This document shows, in pieces, positions 1 to 33,808 of a stretch of 64,000 bases of DNA. Both the position numbers and the translations under genes were made by a program. Source of the DNA: the human T2T-CHM13v2.0 reference genome, Homo sapiens. Within the stretch, counting starts at the first letter, position 1. Each line of letters opens with the position of its first letter. The stretch is taken from the NCBI RefSeq assembly GCF_009914755.1, contig NC_060941.1; one strand, given 5' to 3'. The notes beneath the pieces were generated by a model. That model ran no database searches. It was not told where the DNA came from and saw only the letters and a list, made by a program, of their open reading frames with translations.

Positions 1-2142
1 GTGACTGGGGAGGAAGGGCCTACAGGCTTGAACATTGGGTGAGCTGGATTCTATGAGTGCCATCTTTTGGGCAGAGGCTGCTGTGGGTAAGGGCTGCACT
101 TCGGCTCCCCTCCGCCAGACTCCCTTCACTTTGTCCCTCCCCTGCCTCATGGCTTATGGCCCTCAGAAGAAATATACTTGGAGACTCAGCCAGTGTGGGC
201 AGCAGACTGGCTCTGCAGTCCTGGGCTGGAAGTGAACTTAGATGGGAAAATGGAGGCGTGGCTTTGCAGAATGTCAGTGCTGCCTATTCCCTAAGCCCTC
301 TCTGCTCCTGTCATGCTCATAGATTAGGAAGCCATAAGCCTGTCCTGCCCCTAGAAACTGCATCTTCCTGCTCCGGAGTGTCCTAATTGGGTAAGTGAGA
401 ATGGGACCCTCTGCCTTGGCTTCCTTAAGGTTGCTGTAAGGCATAAAGGGGTTGTGGGATAAAACAGAGGGTGAGGCTGGTGGCCACTTCCATGTCACAG
501 TGGCCCCAGGAGAGATGTCCAGAGGACATAGATGTCCCCCAGTGGGGGTCTTGGCTTGTCATAGTGTCAGACGTGAGCCCTTTAGCCTGGCTCACATGCC
601 CTAAGAGCAGGGCTTGCCTCTGGGCAGCACATCCAGGAAGGCCTTGCTCCTTTGCATCTGCAACCCTCTCAACCCTCCCCACAACCTTCACACCAATACC
701 CCTCCTCCGGCATTCTCTGCCACGTCAGCTGGACAAAAGTGCCCAGCTTTGGCATCGTAGAACAAGGTCATAGTACAGCCCTGAGTGAGGACTGCGCTCA
801 CGCCACAACTCCACAACTTGCTGTGTGACCTTGAGCCAAGCACTCCCACTCTGAGCTACAACTGCCGCATCTATGAACTTCATGCATCCACTCAGACACA
901 CCTGTTGGGCCGTTCTGTTAATGCACTGGGCCAGGATTTGTGGGTGATAAAAAGGCCCCTCAGCTTGGCTCCTGCCTTAAGGAAGCTTACAGCTGAGAAG
1001 CTGAGTGGGAGCTGGGAGGTGGGGAGTTGCGTAAGAGCGAGATGAGACCCTGGGGATGGAGAGAGGGCACGGAGCTGGGCCTTGAGAGAGGAGCAGAGTT
1101 CACTAGGCTGAGGAGGGGAACATAGCAGCAAAGGGTCTTAGAAGCTTCACAAACAATGTGTGTCACTGCAGGGCCCCTATGATCTCACACATCCTGGCCT
1201 CTGCCAGTGCCGTTCCATCGCTTTGGCCGCCTGAGCATCTTGGAGAACTCAGCTTAGGCGTCACCTCCAGCCTTCCTCTGGGCTCTCACAGCGCCTTGTG
1301 CATCTCTCCCTTGCTCCAAACACCGTATCGTGTTGTTGCAGCATGAGCTGCCCCTCGGGAAGCCTGGGACCAGCTGAACGCCAGTGCCTCTGAAGGGGAC
1401 GTAGAGCCAGACAGGTGGGGTGAGGCAACTTAGGTGTGAGACCCAAGAGGAGCTCTGGGCAGTGTGTCAGATGCAGTTCCTCAGTCAGGTGAGCAGACTA
1501 ACATCTTAACATCTCAACCAGAACATATCCCCCAGCACAGGGCTTAACTCATGTGCAGTGCACTGTGACATTTAGTGTTTTACTGCACTTTGAAAATGCT
1601 GGTCACCACCCACTAAACAGCTGGAAAACATTGCAGTGCTTCCCAGGTGCCCCTGTCTCCTACTTGCTGCTCCGCTGAGGGAGGTGGGGCCAGCCTCCTG
1701 GGACAGGGTGGAGGTGGTGGGCCAGCTGGATGAAGCCTCCTGGCTCCTGTTCTGGTCCAGGCTCTATTCCGCCAGAGGCCTGGGCGGGAAGGGATGGATC
1801 GGGGAGGCTCTGCATCTGCAAAGCCTGGCCTTCCGCTGGGCCAGGATCAGTGAGAGCCATAGAAGGCTGTTGGCAGGGACTGGGCCTTGCTTAGAAGGCT
1901 CAAGTACTGAGACTAGAGGAAACCTCACCCTGCCTGTCCTTCCTGAGTTGGGGAGACAGAGGGAAAGGTCGTGGAGCATCTCGGGTGACATCATGAAGAT
2001 GCAGAGCTGCCAGCCCAACTACAGCTGTGGCTCAGAGGAGGCCTGGACTCCTGGCTCGGCCTCATCCTCAGTGCAGGGACAGGCTCAGAGGCATTGCGGT
2101 TTCAGGTCAGGGGAGGCCCTTGTAGAGTAGTCAGGGTGATAC

Positions 2143-3192
<1,050 letters not shown>

Positions 3193-3622
3193 GTGACTCC
3201 CTTTCCTCCCCGCCTCCCCAGCTGGGGAGGGCAGTAGAAAGTTCTGGGGACTCCATCTCACTCATGCACAACTGGTTCTTCAGCTCAGCTCTGTGATGCC
3301 CTCTTTTCCTTACTGCGGCGCCTCAGGGCAACCTCTGTCCCTCTCTGAGCTCCCCTTAGCCAGCTTGCTCCTGACCCACTCAAGCCTCCCCAGTGGAGAC
3401 AGGAGCCAGCGAGGATCTGAGAGGCATTTGCTTTGTGACCCCTGCTGCAGCCGGGGTTCGCAGTCCTGAGCCCTCCCGCTTTGAGCTTACTCCGCTGGCA
3501 GCTCACAGTGTTTTCGTGGTGGCTCCTCCAAGTGAGAGTCGATGTCCAGATTCCTAGGTTCATGGAGAGGAAATCTGTACTTCCTGCTTCCTGGAAGACA
3601 CTGTGAGGTAACTATCTCTTAG

Positions 3623-3965
<343 letters not shown>

Positions 3966-4571
3966 AAGGATTCCTCTTCTAATACAGGCCTTGGGTTGGA
4001 AGTGAGTGGATATAAACTCAGAGGCTTTCCTGGGATCGGGGAGCCCTTCTAGGTGTTCTCCACAGAAGGGAGAAGGGAAAGAACCTAGAGAAAGTGGGCA
4101 GAATTTTTGTCAGGTTGTAACTGTGGCTGGATGAATGGTGAGGAGGGCTGGGGTGGACCAGTCAAGAGAAGACAGACCAGCTATAAGGTTCCCCAGTCAT
4201 GTGGGCGTGGGAAAAAATAGTTCCTTTAAGTTACCCTTGGAAGAGGTTGAACTAGATATTGAACTATGGGTCTTTCTGAATCCTGAGCCTGCCTTCTTCC
4301 TTCCCTCTTTAGCCCAGTCCCCTCTAGGATCCTTGGTGGTGTAGACGAGGGTGTAGCCAGATGGACTTGGAGTGGATTGCCTGAGTGGAGCCCCGGGGAT
4401 TTGAGATGCAGGAGCCAGGGAGAAGAGAGGGTGAGACCCACTTGGGCCAGCCCCACATTTGGCCAGTCCTCTTCCCTGGCTTGGAGAAGGTGCAGGGTGG
4501 GGCAGGTCATACAGAACCCTTTGGGGTCACTGCCTCTTTTCTAGTTGCCTCAGGCAAGGACTGGCCAAGTC

Positions 4572-4877
4572 TTTTTTTTTTTTTTTTTTTTTTTTTGAGA
4601 CAGAGTCTCACTCTGTCACCCAGGCTAGAATACAGTGGCGCAATCTCAGCTCACTGCAACCTCTGCCTCCCAGGTTCAAGTGATTCTTCTGCCTCAGCCT
4701 CCTGAGTAGTTGGGACTACAGGCACCCGCCACCACACCCGGCTAATTTTTGTATTTTTAGTAGAGAAGGGGTTTCACCATATTGGCCAGGCTGGTCTCAA
4801 ACTCCTGACCTTGTGATCCGCCCGTCTCAGCCTCCCAAAGTGCTGGGATGACAGGCGTGAGCCACCGCACCCGGCCC
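4572..4877 (-). mobile_element. Alu (S-type)
   Basis: Poly-T followed by antisense Alu body. Confidence 0.9.
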
Positions 4878-5759
4878 AAGTCTTTCTTTATAGCCTCCTA
4901 CCCTACCAAGCCATCCAGTTGCATTTTCCCTCCCTGTCTTGAGTTCTTCTTTCCTAAGCTTCTGTTGTAGACCTGGCCTGCTGGAGTGCTCTGCTCCCCT
5001 GGGAACCCTCTGGCTGGAGAGGCTCCTGAGCCACAGAACCAGAGAAGAGGAGAGTAATGCCAGAGGATCCCTAAGCACAGTGAGTAATGACACCAAAACT
5101 TACACCTCACAGGGCACCTGAGACTCAGGGAAGGGAAATGACTTGCTCGAGGACATGTGGCTAGTGAATGGCAGAGCCGGAACTCCACTCACCTCCACTC
5201 CCCAGGCCTGGACTCACCCCACTGCCCCATGCCGAGCTGTTTATGGACACACATTTATTAGCCAAAGTGAGCATGCTTCTTATTAGATTACTTTACACTT
5301 TAGGGTACCATTTTTGTACACAATTAAATATGGAGATGTTCAGAAAATGCAGGGATGTTGTATTGTTTTCCCAGGCAAAGTAAAACTCAATGTTACAATC
5401 CGATAAAACTGATATGTGCAGATTTCATGGGCAGGGTAGGGTGGGAGGGTAGGGGAGAGACAGGCAGGGTGAAGGGTAAGGACCCTGATGTCCAAATGGC
5501 AAAGGAAGATGGGAGATGGAGGAGACCACATTCCCTGAACATCCCCATTCATCCAGCGGCCATGCCATTGCTTTACACTTAACATTTAACTCCCAAGGTA
5601 GGAAACATCTCAAGTTGCCCCATTTACAAGTAAGAATTATTGTGAGCTCAGAGTTAAAGCATTAATAACTTGCTGCAGGTTACAAAGCTGGGAAATGGCG
5701 AAGTCAGGATTTGAACTCAGGTTTCTCTGGATCCAAAGTCTGTACTCCTTCCACTAAAC

Positions 5760-6070
5760 TGTTTGATTGATTGATTGATTAAAGACAGGATCTCGCTCTG
5801 TTGCTCAGGCTGGAGTCCAGTGGTGATTATAGATTCACTCCAGTCTCAAATCCCGGGGCTCAAGTACTTCCCCTGTCTTAGCCTCCCAAGTAGCTAGGAC
5901 TACAGGTGCATACCACCATGACCACGCCCAGCTAATTTTAAAAATTTTTGTAGAAGTGTGGTCTTGCTATGTTGCCCAGGCTGATTGTTAACTCCTGGCC
6001 TCAAGTGATCCTCCCACCTTGGCTTCCCAAAGAGCTGGGATTACAAGACCTGAACCGCCACACCTGGCGT
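5760..6070 (-). mobile_element. AluJ-type with (TTGA)n tail
   Basis: Diverged antisense Alu. Confidence 0.85.
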
Positions 6071-6119
6071 AAACTGGTTTTGATGAAATTAGCAGACCCA
6101 CAGGGGGTGATGCTAATAC

Positions 6120-6839
<720 letters not shown>

Positions 6840-7347
6840 CCCTCAGTACCTGTTGCTGGCTGACAGTTGGTCAGTGTCTAGGGGAGAACCATTCTCAGCT
6901 TCAGTTCCACGATAGCGAATACCATCTTGGCAAAAATCCCCTGGACAAGTCAGAGACCTCACTAAGTCTCCAGCATCTAGCCTGATGCCTGACACATACT
7001 GACCCTCAATAAACGGCTGTTCAACTGTGGGCACAGGAATGGTGAGGAGGCTGTGGGCACAGAGGACGCTGGCCCTTCTTTGGAAGCAGATGAAGGTCTG
7101 GGTGTTGATGAGGGGTTCCTCGAAAGTCCCATGCTGCTCACAACACCCAACACTCCTACAGACTGTGACCATGTTCTGTTGACAACTGAGCCTGCACAGG
7201 ATCTTTATGCAGTAGGGAACCGGCCCGGATTCTCCACAGGGAGAATCTCCCAGATGTTTCCCCGCTTTCTGCCCCAAAGTCAAGATCAAAAGCAGTTGGC
7301 AGCTGCAGACATCAGCAGAAGTCAGTGGAACACAGTGTGGAACCATG

Positions 7348-7389
7348 TCGCGCTGGAGGAGGAAGTCTCGCGCTGGAGGAGGAAGTCTC
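7348..7389. repeat. Perfect 20-bp tandem duplication (TCGCGCTGGAGGAGGAAGTC x2)
   Basis: Read directly: 7348-7367 is identical to 7368-7387. Confidence 0.95.
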
Positions 7390-8399
7390 ACCCTTGACAG
7401 AGACTAGAACTGGGCCTTAGAAGCTTGAACCAACCTCTGTCCCTGCGAGAGCAGCACACTTTCGTGCTCCTCAGCCCTTGCGTCTTCTTTGCCTGGAATA
7501 TGGCAAAACGTTTATTTTCCCCCACTAAATGAGGCTCCTCTAGGGCTGCAACTGTGTTTGCCCATCTCTCTTTCTCTAGCAGCTAGCACAGGGCTAGCAG
7601 TCGGTGCTTGTTGAGCCGGTGGGTGAAGAGACGAGAGCACACCTCCTGTGTGCCCGGCATGGCGGGACCTGGTGCCGGCAAGTGGTGGGCTCTCTGGCCT
7701 CATGCTCTGCGCTGGTGATGTCAAGGGGTGGGCTTCTGTCCTGCCACTGATAGTAGGAGGGAAGGCCAGCAGGAAACGCCGAAACCTACTCAAGCTGCTG
7801 GAGAAGGGGGAATCCAGCCCTGTTTCAGGGGAAGGAGTATCCTGTGTTCTGAGAGCGAGAGAGCAGCTTAGCCGGCAAATCCTTAAATCCTTCAGAGATT
7901 ACAGGATTGTGCAAGAGGGAAGGCCAAGAGGGGGACCTCTGAGGCAGCTCCAGCATGGCCTGTTGTGTGCAGAGGACTGAGATCCCAGAACATGCCACAC
8001 CAAGAAGACATGTCCCAAGGGGCAGTGGAGCCACAGCCACCAGAAGGGACCTGGCCCTGTCGGACCTGCTGAAGCTAGCCGTGGAGTGCAGGGGCTTTGT
8101 TGGTCTGGCTGCTAACCAAAGGGTGGCTAATGGGACCCTTTCCAGGGGCCTCTAGGGGATTTCAGTGGGGGCTTGCTTCGAGGCTCTATTACCACTGGAC
8201 TGTTTACCAAGAGCCTCAGCCTGACAGAGATGGGAAGAGACGAGTGAGCATTTCTGACCCAACACCCCCACTGCAGAGTTGGGGAAACATTTACCCAAGA
8301 TAGGAGGAATAAAAAGGAAAAAAATTGAATTTATTTCCAAAAAACATACCAAGGTGGACAAGATAGGAAACAATACAATTTATATTACAGTTTTATTAT

Positions 8400-8530
8400 T
8401 ATTTAAAAATTTTATATTAACAAAATGAGATGGGATCTGCCTATGTTGCCCAGGCTGGTCTTCAACTCCTGGGCTCAATCTCCTCGGCCTCCGAAAGTGT
8501 GATTACAGGCGTGAGCCACCGCACCCGGCC
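8400..8530 (-). mobile_element. Alu monomer fragment
   Basis: Antisense left-arm sequence ending gagccaccgcacccggcc. Confidence 0.8.
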
Positions 8531-9049
8531 CATATTACAGTTTCATAGTGTTTTTGATTACTCGTGGTAGGAGAAATGTGTCTTCTTTGCACTTGGGGTC
8601 TCAACGTCTCAGTCCTGCCCTATGCCCCGAGACCCCAAGAGGCTTTCCCAAGGTCAGGCAGGGAATCCGCAGAGAGGCAGGGCTGGACTCCAGCATCCTG
8701 ACTCCCCAGTTCGTGCTCTGTGCTGCAGAGACCTGTTGCGTAACACTGAGTAACTGTGGATTGTCTAACCTTTTATGAAATTTCCAGCTGGTCTTTTGCT
8801 ACCGGCCAGCAGTCCAGTTGGTGGGAGTGATGATGCCGGTCTTCTGGGACGTCCAGTGGACAGATTTTCCCCAGGTTTCTGGATGCAGCCCCAACAAGCA
8901 AAAGTGCTACACTCCTGCACCGGGAACACTGACACAGGGGTCACGAAAATGCTAAAACAAGACGTGCAAGAATTGTTGCGCTCCGCACACGTAACAAGGG
9001 CTCTGCCTCCCCCTCCCCCAATCTTCGCCCTGGTGGCCAGGCCCTGGGC

Positions 9050-10560
9050 TCCGCCCCTTCCCCACCAGACCGGGGGAGGGGTCCTCCTCGGCATGGAGGT
9101 AGGGGATGCTAGGCTGCTGGAGACGCCCGCAGAAAGAGGCGGGATGGCGGGGCGGATGCTGGCGGCCCGGGTCTGGCCACCTGGGTCAGCTGCACGCCCC
9201 CGCCCCGGGCTGGCCGGACCTCGTAGCCCAGGTCCCACCACGCCGTGAAGTTTGCGGAAAGTTTTGCAGTTGCTTCCCCGCCCGCGCCAGCGGGGGAGTT
9301 GTGACGCAGCGTCTGGGGATCCTGGCCGGGACAGAAGAGAGGGAAGGCGAGGCGGGGAGAGACTGGGAAACAGAGCAGCAAGAGAAAGGGCGCACGCTGG
9401 GGTCCTCCTGGACCCGGCGTGTCCTCCTCTCCGCCACCCCTTTCTCTCCCTCCCGACGCTCTAGCCCCAGACCCGCGCCTCCTCCCCTTCCCCTCCCACG
9501 CTGCCCACTTCCCTTCCCCTCTACCCCTCGAACCCTCCTCCCCGGTTCTGCGCTCCTCCCTCCGCCCTCCCTCCGCCCGGGCTGCCTCCTCCCTCCTCCT
9601 CCCCGGGAGGCATCACTTCGTCCCGACCCGGAGGAGGACGCGAGCCCCTTGCGGGCGGTCATCACAGCCCAGCCTCGGGGCTGCCACAGCGCGTTGCGCC
9701 TGTGCGCCCTCGGTCCCCGCGTCCACTGAGCGCCGCGCTCGGGGATGGGGCCCGGCCGGCCGGCCCCCGCGCCCTGGCCTCGTCACCTGCTGCGCTGCGT
9801 CCTGCTCCTCGGGTGCCTGCACCTCGGCCGTCCCGGCGCCCCTGGGGACGCCGCCCTCCCGGGTAAGGCGCTGCCAACTTGGCCAACTTCAGGGCCCGGG
9901 CGGGGGGAGCGCCGAGGCGCGGGCCGCTCTCGACTTTTCCCTCCTTTTCCCCCCTCTTTTCTCCAGAAGCGTGTGTGCGTGTGTGTGTGACTGGGTTTTT
10001 AAAACTCGTCTCCGCTTTTCTGAAAGCGGGGGAGGAGAGGGGAGGAGGAGCGCGCCTAGAGGTGGGGGAGGACCTGAGTGGAACCAGATGTGGCGGGCGG
10101 CGGGGGAGGGGAGCCCGGGGGACTCCAGCAGCCTAGGAGGAAGCGGGTGGGCTCTTGAGGACCCCCGCGCACCGCGCTCCCGGACCACCCGGCGCCGGCC
10201 CGTCCTCGGCAGGGGACCTGCAGGGCGCGCCCGGGGAGCCAGGGCTCTCTGTCCGGGAGTTCCCGGGCCCAGTCTCCTCGCTCTGCCCCAGGACTGATGC
10301 GTTAGGACGGCTTTCCAACTATCCGCGAGGGTTCGTTTCCCCCACCTTCCCCCCGCCCCCTGCATCTCGTGGGCGTTGATATTTTCTTTTCCACACTTAG
10401 TCTTCAAGGAGGCTTGTGGCGCGCGGCATCCGCCCCGCGTGAGCTCGGCAGCCCTGTGAGGAGGCTCCTGCCACTGGGACGCAGCAACAGGCTGGGCGCC
10501 GCCGTGCTGTGATGTTGCGTAGCGTGGGCAGCTCTGGGCACACTAGTGGCCCTCCAGAGG
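9050..10560. promoter_or_regulatory. MRC2: CpG-island, TATA-less promoter of MRC2
   Basis: High GC and CpG density; multiple CCGCCC GC-boxes (e.g. 9051, 9563, 9573); CRE half-site GTGACGCA at 9301; Inr-like TCACTTC at 9613-9619; no upstream ATG between 9615 and the start codon; strong Kozak gggATGg. Boundaries approximate. Confidence 0.9.
9745..9862 (+). CDS. MRC2: MRC2 coding exon 1 (signal peptide), 118 nt
   Basis: ATG at 9745; hydrophobic LLRCVLLLGCLHL; donor G|GTAAGG at 9863; phase 1. Confidence 0.97.
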
Positions 10561-13500
10561 GGACAGACCTTGAGCGGCAAAAGAGCTGCTAAAGATTTTA
10601 AAACCCAACGAACAGGAAACAAAACAAAAATCAGAAAACCCCAAAACTGTGCCATTCTCTTCCTGCTCCTTATTCAGGGGTAACAGTGAAGTGTGGGGAC
10701 AGACAGATCCCTCGCCAAGAATCTAAGAGTTGAAAGGAAAGATCCACTTCCTGGGGGAGTGGGGGTGGGGGTGTCTGGAGTGACCGGGGGAATCGCCCGG
10801 CCCAGCTTGGTCCTGCTGGCTGTTTAATTGGGGGATGGGGACAGTCCGTGCAGTGTCTGCAGTTTTGTGCAAGGACCAGACAGCCCCCTGGAGAGTCTGG
10901 GGCCTCCAGCCTGGCCCGTGCTTGCTGGGTTGGCCTGGCGTGACGTAGGCACAAGACACATATCTGCCAGATGGGAAAGGTGGGGGCCACGGTGACCCAC
11001 ATTCACACCAACCGGAGACCCCCGGGGCAATTCTGGGCCCACCTGGCATTGAATGTGGGACAGACACAAACCAGGCCGGGTAACCCCCTAACCCACTGCA
11101 GGGCGGCCTCACAGGCAGTTCCCCTACCTCCTCGCACTCCTGCCTTCCTCTGCTCCTCTGCGCAGGGCCTCAGGAGGCAGGCGGTGGGAAGGGGTGGGGA
11201 GGATGGCCATTCCCAGAGCTCCAGAGCACACTTTAAAGCCAGGCCCTGGGAGAGAGTTGTGGCCAGAGTGCTGACTCGGCCTTTCCCCCTGGAGCTTTTC
11301 ATAGAGGGGGCTGGAAGTGCCTGGTGAGAGGCCCGGTCAGGGAGGACAAGGACGCCTGGAGTGTCCCTCCTCCTCCTGGTCTCTGTGCCTGGCCCTCCCT
11401 GGGGCTGTGTCCAGGGATGAATAGCCTCAGAGGGTCCCCTTCCCGTTGGCACTGCATTGACCACACCCTGAGGAGGCTTGGATCTGGGTGGCAGGCAGTG
11501 TGAGGTCTTCCAGCAGCAGCTGAGCAGGAGGAGGATGGAGCTGCTGCAGGTTCCTTCCCTCGGAACTGTGCCCTCTGCACAGAGTGCGCTTGCCCCTGCC
11601 CTGCCAAATTCCACTGGGCCCTACCCTGGGAAGCCTGTTCAGAGCCTCTGGGCCGAATTCCTTGCCCGAAGAGCTGGCAGCCCCTAGTACCTGGTGAATT
11701 ACGTTGTTGTTGGGAGGAATTCACCAGCACCAGAGACCAAATAGCCCAGGAAATGCATGTGGGAGGTAGGGTGTGGCAGGCCAGTGCTGCTGGGGGCGAG
11801 GCTTATGCCAGGCAGGGCAGGGGCTGCGTGTGGGCAGTTTCCTGACCACCATGGGGGAGCCCTGTGTGCCCAGAGCACGGGGCAGGGGCAGCGAGGCGGC
11901 AGTGCCTTCTTGGTGCGTGATGGTGGAATCCATCTTTTCTCCACCTTGGTGGAGTGGCCCGCGGAGACTGTCACTGGAAGGAGTCCTCTTTGTTAGTTGC
12001 CATATTACCGCATTTCTGGAGCATGCAGTTTGCTCAGCCTTGAGCCAAGTTCTTGGGGAGGAGGGAAGGTAGAGAAGAGTGTAAGATGCATCCTCTGGAA
12101 AAAGAAAATCGTGTGGGAGAATGAAACGTGGAACAGTGAACTGCGTAGGGGGCAGAATGCCATTGGTGGGATGCCTGCCTGCCCAGACCCACGCTCAACC
12201 CTTCATGTGCAAGTTCCCATTTCATTCTGATAACAACCCAAGGAGATGGTTATTGTTGGACCATTTTTGCAGTTCAGGAAATGAAGGCTAAGAGGGGTCT
12301 GATCATTTACATTGGTCACACCCCTAGTAAGTGAAAGGCTGGAGTGTGGATGCTTCCCGTCTGGAGATTGGAGGCAGGAGAGACCGTATGGGCCAAAGGG
12401 TGGCCAAGGCTGTCTGGAGAGAGGCAGGAAGGGGCCACCAGGCTGGGCTCTTCTGGGGATGATGTGGAAGCTTGCTGGCTGGGCCGGGGAGAAGGTTGAG
12501 TGAAAGAGGTGCCTGGGAGGCCAGAATGGGGATGGGACCTGCAAGCTGGCTGTGGGGAACCCCAGGGGACCCTTGGAGGTTTCCGAGCAGAGGAATGAGG
12601 GGATAGTTGCTGGGAAAGGGGCTTCTGGGAGCTCCAGGGATCAAGTCTCAAGGCCATGGGGTGAGGAGACCTCAGGAAATCTTCCTGTGGGGAAGGTCGG
12701 TGCTGCCTAAAGGACAGGGAGGGTGGCATCGGGTACTTGGGGCTCTGACCAGAGTCAGCCAGACCAGCTCCCTACACTTCTGGCCCAGCTTCTGCTGAGT
12801 CGTGGGGTTCGGAAACTTCTTACTGTTCCCCCACGCAAAACTCAGTTTTCCTTGCTCCAACCCTCTGGCTCTCTGTGAGTCATCAGGGCCCAGGAGGTGC
12901 CCAGCCGAGCTGTGGCTAGTGCTGGGATCCTGGCTCTCTTCTGGGTTCACCTGGGCAAGGTGAGGGTACATGGAGGGGAGGAAGAACCCCGGGTTTTGGC
13001 CCCCATTTTTCGCACCAGAGAAATCCTGGCTTTCTGATGCACGTAGGGCACCGTGACTTGGCTCAATGAGATGATTTCGGAAGTGCCATGCAGTTCTCAG
13101 GCAGATATTCATTTGAGTTCCTCATCAGTTTAAGCATCGAGGAGGAGTCCTGTTGCATTGTCCATACCCCCAGAGGGATGGAGCGATGGCACCCACGGCT
13201 GCGCTGTGCATGTGGTGGGCGCCGTGCTGGGTCCTGTGCTGGCAGTAGCTCTTCGGCACCTCCCATCTCTGAGCAGGTGTCAGAGATTTGCACACACCTG
13301 GCGTGAAAATGTTAAAGATGTTAAGGGAGTCACTCAAGGCTGTGCCACCACACCACTAGAAGGTGTTACCAGTGAGATTCGAACCCAGGAGTGGTTACGG
13401 AGCCTGAACGCTCCAGTACCATACAGCGTTTCCATCGCATGAAGCACTGTCAGTGTGTGTGTGTTAGGAAAGCCTGGGAAATTCTGCCTTATGTGTTCTC

Positions 13501-15162
13501 CCCGCCCCCATAACTCCAAGCCCTCTAGGACACCTCTCAATGTGTCCCACCGGGAGGACTCCTGAGGAGGAGGGTGGAGCGAGCAGCCCTCTGTCACATG
13601 TCAGCGGTCTGGGCGCTTGGGTCAGCCACTTCCTTGTGGGTCCAGGAGGCCTGGACCGAGCCGCCTGCAGTGTCCTCAGGATCTCTGAGGGACCCCCTCC
13701 AAGAAGGCATTGATAAGTGAGTGACTCAAGGTGCCCCAGCATGGCACTCCAGCTTCCCTGAGGTCAAGGATTCACATGGTTGTTCATTCATTCATTCATT
13801 CCTTCAGTGGGTGTCTGCTGAGCTCCTGCAGAACTGAAGTAGAGATGGCCATGGCCTGTTCTTTATTTGAGACCTCCCCACCGTGTCTCCAGTGGGGGTC
13901 CCTGGACTTGGAAGGCCTGAGCACTGCTGATAGGAAGCGTGTCTTCCTGTTCAGGCCTACGTGAGATGGGAGGGGGCCGCTTTCCCACGCCTGGGTCCTG
14001 TGAATCTGGGTGGGGTGGGCCAGTGGGGTGGTGACGCGCTCCTGGAGCTCACCCTGGGCCCTGCAGATCTGTCACTCTTCAGCTAGGGGTTGTACCAGTA
14101 AACGGCAGCTGGATGAGGGCTGTCCAGTGGCACCTGTGACACCGGGGTCTGCCGGGGTCCACCAGCTGCAGCCCTTTAGGAAACAGATTGGGTCGACCCC
14201 CTCAACTGCACACTGTGGCCCCTCGTGGAATTCCACCGGTTGTTTCCCTTCTTGCACTTCCCCCTGGCCCCTCGTCTCTCCTTCCGCCGCTGGGCACCAG
14301 CCTCTTGGCTCTGCACTCTCACAGCGCAGACCCTTCCACCTGCGCTCTGCTCCCCTCAGCCTCCCACTCCTCCTGATTTCTCTTTCTCTGACTGTGCATT
14401 CTGCCCTCCGCAGCTCTGGTTTTTGTTGTAGAAGAAGGACCAACTTCTTCCTAGTTTCCCCGGCCCCCCATGCCTCTGGTCTCTTGTCCTGCCCCAGCTT
14501 TCTCCACCTCCAGGCTTCTGCCCACGCACGATCACTTTGCCTGGTGTGCCTCCCCTCCCCTCTTCTTTCCCACCTTCCAGTGACCCTTCCTTCGAGACTC
14601 AAGGATCCTGGGGAGGACACTGAGGGAGCCTGGTCCCTGCCTCTTGGGCTGACCTGGGGTGACGAGAGACAAGCACACAGACATGGCCCATGGTGACAAA
14701 TCCCAGATTGGATGGGTGGCCTCTCTGTTTATCTCCTTCCCAGGGATCACCTCAGGAGGGCACATGTAGGGAACACTATAGCCAGCCTTCCTCAGCCTTC
14801 CCCAGCCTTCCCTGAAGGCAGCCGGGTGCGAGGCTGAGCAGTGGCCCCTTCCTCCTGTAGATGAGGCAGGAGTGTGGGCATGGCTGGCAGTGTTTCCCCC
14901 CGTCAGTCCTCTGGAAATGTAAATAGGGACAGAGTCGGTGGGACCAGGATTGATGGCACTCACCAGCTATGTGACCTCAGGCAGAGGCTCAAGTGTCTTC
15001 ATTTATAAGATGGGAAAAATCAATACCTCTTGTAGAGGTATTATAAGATTACATACAAATGAGATCATGAACGTATGAGATATGTCCCTGGTACACTACT
15101 GGGCACAGAATAATTTCTTAGCAAACAATACTAAATTATTGCTATTTTTATTAGAAGAGAAA

Positions 15163-15816
<654 letters not shown>

Positions 15817-15826
15817 TAACTACAGC

Positions 15827-23278
<7,452 letters not shown>

Positions 23279-23499
23279 GATGGAGGCAATCGACTGCTCT
23301 AAAACCTTAGACCTAGAAACAGGAACCTGTCTGACAGTGGGGAGAACGACTCCCAGACAAACTAGCCTGGCTGAATAGGAAGGACTTAACGGGAAGCAGC
23401 TTTGCAGTCATCTTGGTCCCCAAGGAAAGGGGATTCTGGTATTACCCCATAAAAATTTAACCTCATTCCTGAAGGATCTAAGTATGTAAGGGCATTGAT

Positions 23500-25950
<2,451 letters not shown>

Positions 25951-26000
25951 ATAAAATTGGTAGAAAAACCACAGTAAAACTAAAAGACTGTACTATGCTA

Positions 26001-33808
<7,808 letters not shown>

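Noticed and set aside
7988-8015. p53-like half-sites GAACATGCCA and AGACATGTCC
   Set aside because: An 8-bp spacer and one mismatch; such pairs are common by chance and usually weak.
9106-10297. 207-aa and 292-aa Pro/Arg-rich ORFs across the promoter
   Set aside because: Low-complexity products of the GC-rich island; they ignore the exon 1 splice donor and have no domain similarity.
13352-13370. CTCF-like ccactagaaggtgt
   Set aside because: The 3' half of the core deviates from consensus; it cannot be supported without a PWM scan.
12876-13728. AP-1 heptamers (TGAGTCA at 12876, TGACTCA at 13722) and a GATA site at 13711
   Set aside because: Plausible enhancer motifs, but 6-7-mers occur at about this frequency by chance.
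14010-14696. 228-aa (+) and 182-aa (-) overlapping ORFs in intron 1
   Set aside because: Non-ATG or weak starts, no recognisable protein family, and composition typical of random GC-rich sequence.
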